From positions 1-12,772 of the forward strand of contig JAZDCZ010000385.1 of the NCBI GenBank assembly GCA_036679605.1: 12,772 nucleotides of DNA, read 5' to 3'. The notes under the pieces are model-generated. The model was not told the DNA's origin. It saw only the letters and a program-made list of their open reading frames with translations, and made no database searches. The translations under genes and the position numbers were made by a program. This document shows, in pieces, positions 1 to 7,927 of this stretch (position 1 is its first letter; the number at the start of each line of letters is the position of its first letter). Source of the stretch: Gemmatimonadota bacterium (GTDB lineage: Bacteria > Gemmatimonadota > Gemmatimonadetes > Gemmatimonadales > GWC2-71-9).

Positions 1-995
1 GGACAGCCACTGCTCCCAAGCCTTACGAGCCCAAGTCTTGCTGACATAGTGCCACAGCGACATGGCCAATTCCTTGATCGCCCAGGCACGGGCCGTCTTC
101 AGTGTGCTGTCACGCAAAGCCTTAAACCGTTGCTTCTGTTTGCGCGTCATGTTGTCCGGGTTGTAGAGCCAGTCATACTTGCTGCCCTTGAGATCCTCAA
201 AGCCTTGTGCCATCAGCGCTTTGTGTTCCTGGCGACGCACCTTGTCAACGGCCGCGCCAAGGTACTTGGCAACATGGAATTTATCAAAGGCAATCTTTTC
301 CTGCGCCCCCGGCAGGCTTTCCAGTGTGGCGTTGATGAAGGCCGGCCACATATCCATGGAAACACTCTCAATGGCTACCCGTTGCCCTTCTGTCAGACCG
401 TCATACCACGCTTTGAGCGTCGCCTTTTTGCGGTCGCTTCCCACGTGCAGTACCGTGCCGGCTTGATGGTCTGATACGATCGTTACGTAATCATGGCGCT
501 TCTTGAAGGCCGTCTCATCAATGCCTATCTGCCTCACGCATTGCGCTTCTCTACGCGACAGCCCGCGTTTGACCGCACGCTGCATCATGCCATCAATGGC
601 ATTCCAGCTCAGTCTCATCAAGCGAGACTCCGCTGAGGTCGATGCCTCTTTCAACCAGTCGATCACCAACGCCTCAAACATCGCCGTGTAGCCAGAGCCA
701 CGTTCAGCCCAGGGAACGGCTACGGTAACCACACCAGGCTCCTGGCACTTCACTCTGGGAGCCTCTGCTACCAGGATGGTTTTGTACTGACAGGTATCCA
801 GGTGCCGCCAGCGGCGGGAACGCGAATCATAGCCGGGTGATACCTTGGCGCAGATCGGGCAATACTGCTTGGCATCCGGTTCCTGCTCCACGTGTGTACC
901 GTCACTTCTCCCGCTGACAAAGCCAGTTCCACACGGGAAACCTGCCAGGGACTCTTGATACCCAGAATCTGAGCGTATAGATCTTTGTCTCTCAT
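1..995 (-). pseudogene. ISL3-family transposase, frameshifted near codon 33, 3' end outside window
   Basis: Frame 1 gives MRDKDLYAQILGIKSPWQVSRVEL...EVTVH (ATG 995, alternative 1001). Skipping 2 nt in the (AC)3 run at 892-897 gives VEQEPDAKQYCPICAKVSPGYDSRSRRWRHLDTCQYKT...VPWAE...IGIDETAFKKRHDYVT...VSMDMWPAF...FDKFHVAK...TARAWAIKE, open to position 1. These are the zf-ISL3, HTH and DDE_Tnp_ISL3-type motifs (translated by hand). Confidence 0.9.
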
Positions 996-1036
996 AGGCA
1001 TTACGTTAATCTACCCACTCGATCAGGGGAAGAGCC
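1..1036 (-). mobile_element. ISL3-family insertion sequence, left end and 5' part (continues beyond window start)
   Basis: The minus strand from 1036 reads GGCTCTTCCCCTGATCGAGTGGGTAG, a typical ISL3 GGCTCTT terminus. An ISL3 transposase reading frame starts ~40 bp inside, and the flank is AT-rich (TTTAATTTTTA), as usual for ISL3 targets. Confidence 0.88.
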
Positions 1037-3501
1037 TAAAAATTAAACCTGACCGATCCACCGTACCATCTAGGCTTGGCAAAATGTTGGTCCTCGCATC
1101 CACACAAAGTTGCCAAGTCAAACCTTTCTGTCAGTACACGCTCATCTCCAATATTGGTGACGAACAAAGATGCCCACCATACTCTGTTGGGCGATTCCCA
1201 AAACAATCGAGCGTTTCCAACAACGAATGAGCCCATTATATGAGCGTCAAAATTTCTAAGATTGGCAAATCTTTTTGATGCATAGTTTCCGTCAAGTTGT
1301 ATTGCCAATTCACTGCCATTAGCAATTGGCCAACTGTACCGGATCAAACCGCTAAATTGAGTTTTCGGCGTAAATGTTGGCTCTACGTCGCGGAAGATTC
1401 CGGGCGCGACTTCGACATTATCCACTTTTGCATCAATGTATGAATACGCGAACAAAAGATCGAGTCCGTCGACCGGTGTGGCAGCAATATCAACCTCAAA
1501 TCCTTTCATGGTCGCGTCTTCGTTAGTAATAATTCCCGAAACGTTGGTGAAGGTGAATGCCTGATAATCGGAATAGTCGTAATAGTAGGCCGATCCATTC
1601 AGGCGTGCTTTCCCATCAAAGATCGTCGACTTGAAGCCAATCTCATAGGCGAGCAGGACTTCTTCATCATACGGGATATCCGCAGCAGCAATTTGACTGA
1701 GATCGGGTAACGGGCCATTGAAGCTCCCGGCCTTAACACCACGGTTGATGCCTCCGTAAACCAACCAGTTGTTGTTTGGTTTCCACTCAAGTTGGATCTT
1801 GGCCGCCCACAGCGTATCCGAGCTTTTGTCCGAAAATGGGTTGGCCCCTGCCTGATGAGGTAATACAAAACCGAAGATTTCGGTATCGAGCCGCCTGTCG
1901 TTTACGTTTGCGTAAGCAGTTTGCGAGAAGAAGTACTTTTTTTCTTCCAATATAACGCGCGCGCCCGCGATCAAAGTCAACGTGTCATTCAAGTCGTAAT
2001 CTACCTGCCCAAAAATTGAGTAAGAGTTGGTCTGCAAAGCGACCTCGGTTATGTAATCGACACCCGGCCCAGGGATTCCGTCGAACGGATCCATATCAAG
2101 GCCGAACGGCGGAGTACCGAAGCTGAGAAATGATTCATCCAGAAATGGCAAACCCGTTAGAGTTTCGTTGTCGATGTAAAGGTAGTACACACCTGCGACC
2201 CAGCGCGTCCGGCTAGATTCCATATTCAGACGCAGTTCCTGTGCAAACGTATTTGTTTCCGCGTCCGCCATAAACATGAACTGGCTAACAGGGCCCGCGT
2301 CCACATCAAGTGAAACAATTTTGTCGTACACCTTGAAATCTGTGACTGATGTCAACGCCAATGAGCCTGACAGCTCCCAGCTTAGTTTAGCGGTCATACC
2401 GTACGTTTCGTATTGGTTTACGTCATCGTCCGCCCAATCGATGCTGCCTCTGAAATCTCCGAGGTCATCGTCCCTATAGCCAAATACATCGCCACCAGGC
2501 ACCGGGCGCGTGGCGTCTTCAGGGGGGGCAGGCAGCCCAAACTCGACTGGAAGTTCAAAGTCCAGACCAATAATCGGCACGGCCACACCGCCGGGACCAA
2601 TCATCTCCCTGGTTTCCGTCGGAGATGCTACAATCGTATTAATGTGTCGTCCCTGAGCATCGAGAACGGCCACAATCGCACCTGCTTCATAGGCGCCGGG
2701 GCCGATTTCACTCCGGCTGGCATATCCCGAAAGCAATAGCTCTGCTTTTTCACTTAGATTAAAAAGTAGGTGGCCTCTGACTCCCCAACTATCGTCATTC
2801 TCCAGATCGTCACGGGCTGTGGGGTTTGGATCCAAGCTGAGCGCACCCTGCGGAAAACTGTTCTTCAATATGCCGTCATGTTTGTTGTACATGAACGCAG
2901 CTCGGCCAGCGATATTTTCAGACAAACTTCCGCCAAGCGCAGTTTCGAGACGAATCTGGTTATAGCTTCCGAAGGTAACCTTTGTAAACCCAGTGTTTTC
3001 ATCAAAAGACGGCTTGCGAGTTATGTAGTGAACCAATCCGCCGGTCGCATTTCGACCAAATAACGTTCCTTGAGGACCCCTAAGGATCTCGATTCGCTCC
3101 ATGTCGAACAGTCCAAAGACCTGTCCCTGTTGAGTAGATATATAAGCCTCATCGACGTAGACAGCAATAGGCGCCTCGACTGCATCGAGAAAGTCATTCT
3201 GAGTTACGCCGCGTATCGTAAATTTGCGATTTTGTCCGCCAGTATCGGCTGATATATAAACCCCGGGAGACATCGCAACAATTTCAGTGCTAGTCTCAAA
3301 CCCCAGCGCTTCGATCTGGTCCCCGGTGAATGCCGTTACGGCAATACCTACATCACTTAATGCCTGTTCCCTTTTCTGTGCGATTACAATAACTTCTTCA
3401 AGAACCTGTGCATGGAGAACTCCTCCTATAACCAAGCTGATCGTAAACCAAACGATGTAACTCCCTGCCATTCTGATATGCGTAATGATTTTTCTAACCA
3501 T
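1036..3501 (-). CDS. TonB-dependent outer-membrane receptor (821 aa)
   Basis: Signal peptide ending VLHA; TonB-box-like LEEVIVIAQKR; plug motifs (IRGV, VAVYVDE, ERIEILRGPQGTLFGRNATGG); amphipathic beta-strands; C-terminal RWYGGSVRFNF ending in Phe (BAM signal). RBS AGAGGA lies upstream of ATG 3501, and the gene overlaps the ligase gene by 8 bp. Confidence 0.96.
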   Translation of the reverse strand: MVRKIITHIRMAGSYIVWFTISLVIGGVLHAQVLEEVIVIAQKREQALSDVGIAVTAFTGDQIEALGFETSTEIVAMSPGVYISADTGGQNRKFTIRGVTQNDFLDAVEAPIAVYVDEAYISTQQGQVFGLFDMERIEILRGPQGTLFGRNATGGLVHYITRKPSFDENTGFTKVTFGSYNQIRLETALGGSLSENIAGRAAFMYNKHDGILKNSFPQGALSLDPNPTARDDLENDDSWGVRGHLLFNLSEKAELLLSGYASRSEIGPGAYEAGAIVAVLDAQGRHINTIVASPTETREMIGPGGVAVPIIGLDFELPVEFGLPAPPEDATRPVPGGDVFGYRDDDLGDFRGSIDWADDDVNQYETYGMTAKLSWELSGSLALTSVTDFKVYDKIVSLDVDAGPVSQFMFMADAETNTFAQELRLNMESSRTRWVAGVYYLYIDNETLTGLPFLDESFLSFGTPPFGLDMDPFDGIPGPGVDYITEVALQTNSYSIFGQVDYDLNDTLTLIAGARVILEEKKYFFSQTAYANVNDRRLDTEIFGFVLPHQAGANPFSDKSSDTLWAAKIQLEWKPNNNWLVYGGINRGVKAGSFNGPLPDLSQIAAADIPYDEEVLLAYEIGFKSTIFDGKARLNGSAYYYDYSDYQAFTFTNVSGIITNEDATMKGFEVDIAATPVDGLDLLFAYSYIDAKVDNVEVAPGIFRDVEPTFTPKTQFSGLIRYSWPIANGSELAIQLDGNYASKRFANLRNFDAHIMGSFVVGNARLFWESPNRVWWASLFVTNIGDERVLTERFDLATLCGCEDQHFAKPRWYGGSVRFNF

Positions 3502-4933
3502 GATTTGTATCCTCTTTGTCGTGCGTTACTACATCAGTCGTCGTTCGCGTTCCATCACCGATCGTCGTGCCTGATACCTCGATTCGTAAACCGGTCGAGT
3601 CACCAACGGCAACGAGCGTATTTTTGTAGACGCTCTTCGGCAGACCTCCTGACTCTAGCACCCGAACTGCCACACACACCTGTAAATGCGCGCGTACTTC
3701 CTTTTCGATGGCCCCTGCCAGCATCTCTGCGTTCGCAAGGTCGAACGCAGGCGATGCCTCGACGTCGACCGCAATCGGATCGTCGAAGCGAACTTGGTCG
3801 GCATGCACTTTCCAAACGCGTATGACTGGCTCGACCTCGTTCGCAAAGGCCTGTGCGATATGCTCGCGTATCGAGGACGGAAATACGTTCATGCCTCTAT
3901 ATATAAGCATGTCGTCCATGCGACCGATGCAGCGGATGCGTGGACTTGTGCGTCCGCAGGCGCAATTGACGCCGACGACGAGTGCGTGGTCGCGAGAGCG
4001 GTAGCGCACAACGGGGGCTGCCTCTCGCTCAAAAGTCGTGTAGACAAGCTCACCTGCAGCACCTTCGCGCCAGGGGATGTTCGCATCTGTTTCTGAGTCG
4101 ATCAGCTCGACTGCTACATAGCGCTGTGCATTGAAGTGCATGCCATCCTGGACTTCGCACTCGCTCCACATTCCCGGGATCACTTCGCCCATACCCATCG
4201 TCTCACGAAGTTGCGTAACCGCCAGACCGTGCTTGATTCGCTCGCGGATCTTGGGCTCGCCTAGCCCCGGCTCACCGCCGGTCAACACCTTTGTGAGCGC
4301 CGAAGCTTGGCCCGCTTCGTGGCCAGCGTTCCCCCATTTCTCTGCGAGATACAAACCGAAGGATGTGGTCGCGAGGAGCGCGGTCACCCTGAGCCGCGGC
4401 ATCTCGCGCAAAATACGTTCTGTGGGAAGTCCGCCGAGCCAACACAGGGTAGCGCCAATACGGCGGAATCCATCGGCGTACGGCAGGCCGCCCGCGACTA
4501 TCGGAAGGCCAACGAGATGGGCCACAACGTCCTCCCGGCGCACGCCCGCAGTGAACCAGTTGTTCGCAATCGCGTCAGTGAACATATCAACATCGTTGCG
4601 CGTAACCGGGTAGTACATCGGCGAACCGGTCGTCCCCGAAGAACTCAAGCATTGTACGATATCGTCGAGCGCCACCGCCTGGTTACGCCCGAAAGATTGC
4701 TCCTCGCTTGACGCATCGAGCGCCTTGCGCAAGTCTTCCTTAGTGGTGAAGGGCAACGAACGCAAATCTTCGAATCTGTCAAAAGTCGCTTGCGGCACAT
4801 CGGCATGGAGTTCGGCGTACATTTGGGACCGTGCCCGCAATGGCTTAAGCACCTTGCTAATTCGCCCTGCCTGCCATGCTTCGACCTCGCGCCAGGCGCG
4901 GGTCTCGAGCTCGGCGTTCCAGTATTCAGTCAT
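3494..4933 (-). CDS. bal: Phenylacetate-CoA ligase (PaaK)-family aryl-CoA ligase, probable benzoylacetate-CoA ligase (479 aa)
   Basis: Motifs LPFTTKEDLR, P-loop SSSGTTGSP, GGEPG, GELVYT, RYRSRD and GRMDDMLIYRGMNVFPS. Start moved to ATG 4933 (MTEYWN), which forms an ATGA overlap with the upstream stop at 4930-4932 and has a GGGGA RBS. The bal assignment rests on its position directly after apc1-5. Confidence 0.85.
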   Translation of the reverse strand: MTEYWNAELETRAWREVEAWQAGRISKVLKPLRARSQMYAELHADVPQATFDRFEDLRSLPFTTKEDLRKALDASSEEQSFGRNQAVALDDIVQCLSSSGTTGSPMYYPVTRNDVDMFTDAIANNWFTAGVRREDVVAHLVGLPIVAGGLPYADGFRRIGATLCWLGGLPTERILREMPRLRVTALLATTSFGLYLAEKWGNAGHEAGQASALTKVLTGGEPGLGEPKIRERIKHGLAVTQLRETMGMGEVIPGMWSECEVQDGMHFNAQRYVAVELIDSETDANIPWREGAAGELVYTTFEREAAPVVRYRSRDHALVVGVNCACGRTSPRIRCIGRMDDMLIYRGMNVFPSSIREHIAQAFANEVEPVIRVWKVHADQVRFDDPIAVDVEASPAFDLANAEMLAGAIEKEVRAHLQVCVAVRVLESGGLPKSVYKNTLVAVGDSTGLRIEVSGTTIGDGTRTTTDVVTHDKEDTNHG

Positions 4934-5838
4934 GAATTCCCCGTACGGAGCCGTTCTACAGCCGTGGTGAGGGTCGCAATCTCCGTCGAGGCTGGTATCT
5001 CGCAGACTGTCGTCACCAAGCGCTCGTTTTCGAAATCGGTAGACCAATTAGGCCAAGCTTTGGGATCGGCGGGCCAAGCGCTGCCATGAGGCCTCGGCAT
5101 CGCACCTGGCTGCTGATCCATTGTCGGGCACGCGATCGCCTGCGACGGCCAGACCGGGGGCGCAACACCGGCCACAACGAGCAATGTCGGCACGCGGTGA
5201 AACCGCGCCATATTTCCGCCCGTACTCAGCGCGCTCCTCCAAAGCTCGAGGTGCGAATCATCAGGCACATGTTCTTCGTGCCATTGGATGACATGAGCGC
5301 CGGCTTCCGCATAATGGCGGGCAAACGTCGCGAGTATACGGCCCGCAATCTCGAAGGCGGTTTCATCGTCAATCGTCCAGCCGGCCGTACGCAACTGGGT
5401 AATGAGCGTTGCGGGCCCCGTGAAGGCGGCGACAATCACCAGATCGACTACTTCGGCGGCAAACTGTCGTGTTGCATCGAGGGATGCGGCCACACGTGGA
5501 GATGCGATAAACGCCGCTTCGTCGAAGTCGTCGAAGTCTGGCCGCAGCAAGGCGCCCACCGGCTTCGGTGGCCAAACACTGTCGTCCATACCGACGCCAA
5601 GTGCCTCTGCCTCCATTCCAGAAGGTGCCGAGCATGTGACGGTATCGAGCCGTAAGGCTCGGCAAAGTTCCAAAATATTTTTGCGTAGTTTGGTGCCATT
5701 TTGCGCCAATTTCTGTGGTTCTAGCGCCTCTATCTGCGCCGCTACGGCGAAAATCAGCGGTGCGAACAATGGGGGATGAGCACGCCCGGAGTTGCGGGAC
5801 AGGTCTTGCATCCGCTGGCGCCAGGTCTTGTCGCTCAT
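4930..5838 (-). CDS. apc5: Probable acetophenone carboxylase epsilon subunit (Apc5/ApcE); URO-D/MtaA-like fold (302 aa)
   Basis: URO-D/MtaA-type motifs EAEALG, GPATL and EAGAHVIQWHE. Size (~33 kDa) and position between apc4 and the ligase match the epsilon subunit (~34 kDa, recalled). It starts 7 bp after the apc4 stop. Confidence 0.75.
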   Translation of the reverse strand: MSDKTWRQRMQDLSRNSGRAHPPLFAPLIFAVAAQIEALEPQKLAQNGTKLRKNILELCRALRLDTVTCSAPSGMEAEALGVGMDDSVWPPKPVGALLRPDFDDFDEAAFIASPRVAASLDATRQFAAEVVDLVIVAAFTGPATLITQLRTAGWTIDDETAFEIAGRILATFARHYAEAGAHVIQWHEEHVPDDSHLELWRSALSTGGNMARFHRVPTLLVVAGVAPPVWPSQAIACPTMDQQPGAMPRPHGSAWPADPKAWPNWSTDFENERLVTTVCEIPASTEIATLTTAVERLRTGNS

Positions 5839-5845
5839 TGACCTG

Positions 5846-7900
5846 TCACGCTCTCACTAACGGTGTGATTTCGCGGGCGTCCGGCCAGGTGCCATAATAG
5901 GCAAGTATCGAATCATCCGGTTTCTTCTTACTCCACTCGTCTTCAAACTCATCGTAGGGACGACCGCGCTGTAATCGTGCTTTGAGTTCTTCTGTCCGTT
6001 GTTTCTCCGTTGCATCGAGATCGACCTGCTGGGTCTCATCGTTCCAAGCTACCCGATAGACCGTTTCGGCCACACCCGCGGTCAGTACGCCTTTCTTGAT
6101 GTCTGCGCCTACTGCCTCAGGGTCGCGCTCCAGCGGATCGCCGTAACCGGTGCCGCCGCAGGAAAAAGCCATTGTCACGACGTCGCCATCGTTGTAGGAA
6201 CGCACCGACCGGCCCTGGAACTCGATCTCGTAATCGCCTTTAATAGTACGCTCGATCAAAAGGTCTTCCAGGTCCATTTTTAGCTTGTCGTCTCCTTTTG
6301 CCATCAGGTCCTTGACATTGGAGTTGCGAATACCGATGCCTGGCACTGTACACGGCGCGTAGCCGCCGAAGAGAGGTTGCGGTGTCTGCAGCTTTGAGTT
6401 ATCGGCGATTGCCATCATGTAGACCTCCGGTACGTTGTGCGCAACCCACATTTGCACGGTTCCGACGCCGCCACGATATTTGCCGTGCCCGCAAGAGTCC
6501 TTCCAGTGATTGGACAGCGGCACGAGCAACGGGAACTCGTTCTCCACCTCTTCGGTGTTGGGCGCCCGCCCGAAGACACACCAAGGAAAGCCAAAGGCGT
6601 CCATCCCGTCCTCGCCTGGTCGTGCGCCCTGTCCCTCGGTATTGATCGAATAAGCAAGCATGTCGGCAAACGGGGCTCCCCATTGGTTCGTTCCGGCGAG
6701 CACGATCGCGTTGCCTCCGTTACCTTGCGATGCGCAGGCCTGGCGCCAAAGTTTGGTCGAGAACATCGCTTTGGCGCAGGTGTTGTGGACGGCGCTCATC
6801 ACCCCGGTGGCAATCATGACCGAACAGGACGTGGCAGCGCGTGGGTCTGGTGACAGACAGGTTCGCTCGCCGAACTTGAAGTCGATTGGGGCAAACGTGC
6901 CGTTGGAAATCGGCAGCGCGTGGAACAGATATTCATAGATATAGTTCGAGAAATGGGCGATCGCCGCTTGGGAATGGGCATTGTAGGGCGATGGCGTCTC
7001 GGGACCCGTTTGTGATAGGTCGACAAGCATCCCGTCACCCTTCTTCTCGATCGTCATGAAGCAGTTGCGCACGAGGCCCTGCTTCAGCCCGACGGCGTCA
7101 CTGAATGTCACACAACGGTACTTGCCGTCGGGCCACTGCTCGATCAGTTCCCTTGCGCCGGCTTCGGCGACCTGCAGCATCTTTTGGAATAAGCCAGTGA
7201 GGTAGTCGGGTCCCTCGCGATCACACAATTCCAGAAGCCGCGTGCGCACGCGGTCGGCCGTAGTACAGCGCGCCTTTAGGTCGACTTCGATCATCGACTC
7301 GGCCCGGATACCGAATGCAGTGAACAATGAAACGATGTCCCTGTGAAGCTTGAAGTCGGTACCGATACGCATCGGCGGCAGGTTCATGCCTTCCTCGAAG
7401 CGCGATGTGGCGGAGACCGGCATGCCTCCCGGTTCGATTGCACCAGTCTCGGTGGTGTGAACCAGGGCCGCTGTCCAGGCGATGAGCTTGCCGTCATAGA
7501 ACACGGGCATACACACCATCTGGTCGGGATTGTGGACGCCGCCATAAACAGGGTCGTTCGCGAACCATAGGTCCCCGTCACGGACATCGTCCCCAAATTC
7601 AAAGAGGATATATTTAATGACAAGTGGCGGTATCACCGCGTGTAAGTAGGTACCGCAGGAACCATTCACGATGTCGCCTTGTGCCGTCATGATTGCGACG
7701 AGCGAATCACCGGCGATACCCATTGCGCACCGGCATGAACGCATGAAGACGTCCATACCTTCGTCGAGAATGTCATTTGTGCGCTGGAAACCGATCTCGT
7801 ATGTTGCTGGGTCGATCTGAGCCGCGAGGTCAAGTTCGCGCTCGTTAGACGGCGCCGGCTTCAGCCAAGCCGTCTTTTGCTCCGTTGTCGGTATGCCCAT
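5846..7900 (-). CDS. apc4: Acetophenone carboxylase delta subunit (Apc4/ApcD); hydantoinase B/oxoprolinase family (684 aa)
   Basis: Hydantoinase B motifs DGDLWFANDP-YGG-HNPD, HTTETG, EEGMNLPP, EEVENEFP, GHGKYRGG and GGTGYGDPLERDP; putative metal ligands D65/H123/H148; GAGG RBS. Length and N-terminus resemble EbN1 Apc4 as I recall it. Confidence 0.9.
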   Translation of the reverse strand: MGIPTTEQKTAWLKPAPSNERELDLAAQIDPATYEIGFQRTNDILDEGMDVFMRSCRCAMGIAGDSLVAIMTAQGDIVNGSCGTYLHAVIPPLVIKYILFEFGDDVRDGDLWFANDPVYGGVHNPDQMVCMPVFYDGKLIAWTAALVHTTETGAIEPGGMPVSATSRFEEGMNLPPMRIGTDFKLHRDIVSLFTAFGIRAESMIEVDLKARCTTADRVRTRLLELCDREGPDYLTGLFQKMLQVAEAGARELIEQWPDGKYRCVTFSDAVGLKQGLVRNCFMTIEKKGDGMLVDLSQTGPETPSPYNAHSQAAIAHFSNYIYEYLFHALPISNGTFAPIDFKFGERTCLSPDPRAATSCSVMIATGVMSAVHNTCAKAMFSTKLWRQACASQGNGGNAIVLAGTNQWGAPFADMLAYSINTEGQGARPGEDGMDAFGFPWCVFGRAPNTEEVENEFPLLVPLSNHWKDSCGHGKYRGGVGTVQMWVAHNVPEVYMMAIADNSKLQTPQPLFGGYAPCTVPGIGIRNSNVKDLMAKGDDKLKMDLEDLLIERTIKGDYEIEFQGRSVRSYNDGDVVTMAFSCGGTGYGDPLERDPEAVGADIKKGVLTAGVAETVYRVAWNDETQQVDLDATEKQRTEELKARLQRGRPYDEFEDEWSKKKPDDSILAYYGTWPDAREITPLVRA

Positions 7901-7927
7901 GGAAAAATTTCCTCGTTGGTTCGTCGA

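Noticed and set aside
49..691. Plus-strand ORFs 49-474, 179-466 and 503-691
   Set aside because: They are antisense shadows of the ISL3 transposase frame and have no recognisable motifs.
768..1001. 77-aa ORF as an independent small protein or programmed frameshift product
   Set aside because: It is the transposase N-terminus running out of frame. There is no slippery A-run heptamer, and ISL3 transposases are normally single ORFs.
4934..5047. N-terminal extension of the ligase in the ORF track (517 aa)
   Set aside because: It overlaps the upstream gene by over 100 bp. ATG 4933 has an RBS and an ATGA coupling and fits the PaaK-like N-terminus.
4930..5838. True hemE or methylcobamide:CoM methyltransferase, with the TBDR as a B12 or heme receptor
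   Set aside because: The HxC Zn motif and the HemE RQAGR motif are absent, and there are no corrinoid or heme genes or evident cobalamin riboswitch.
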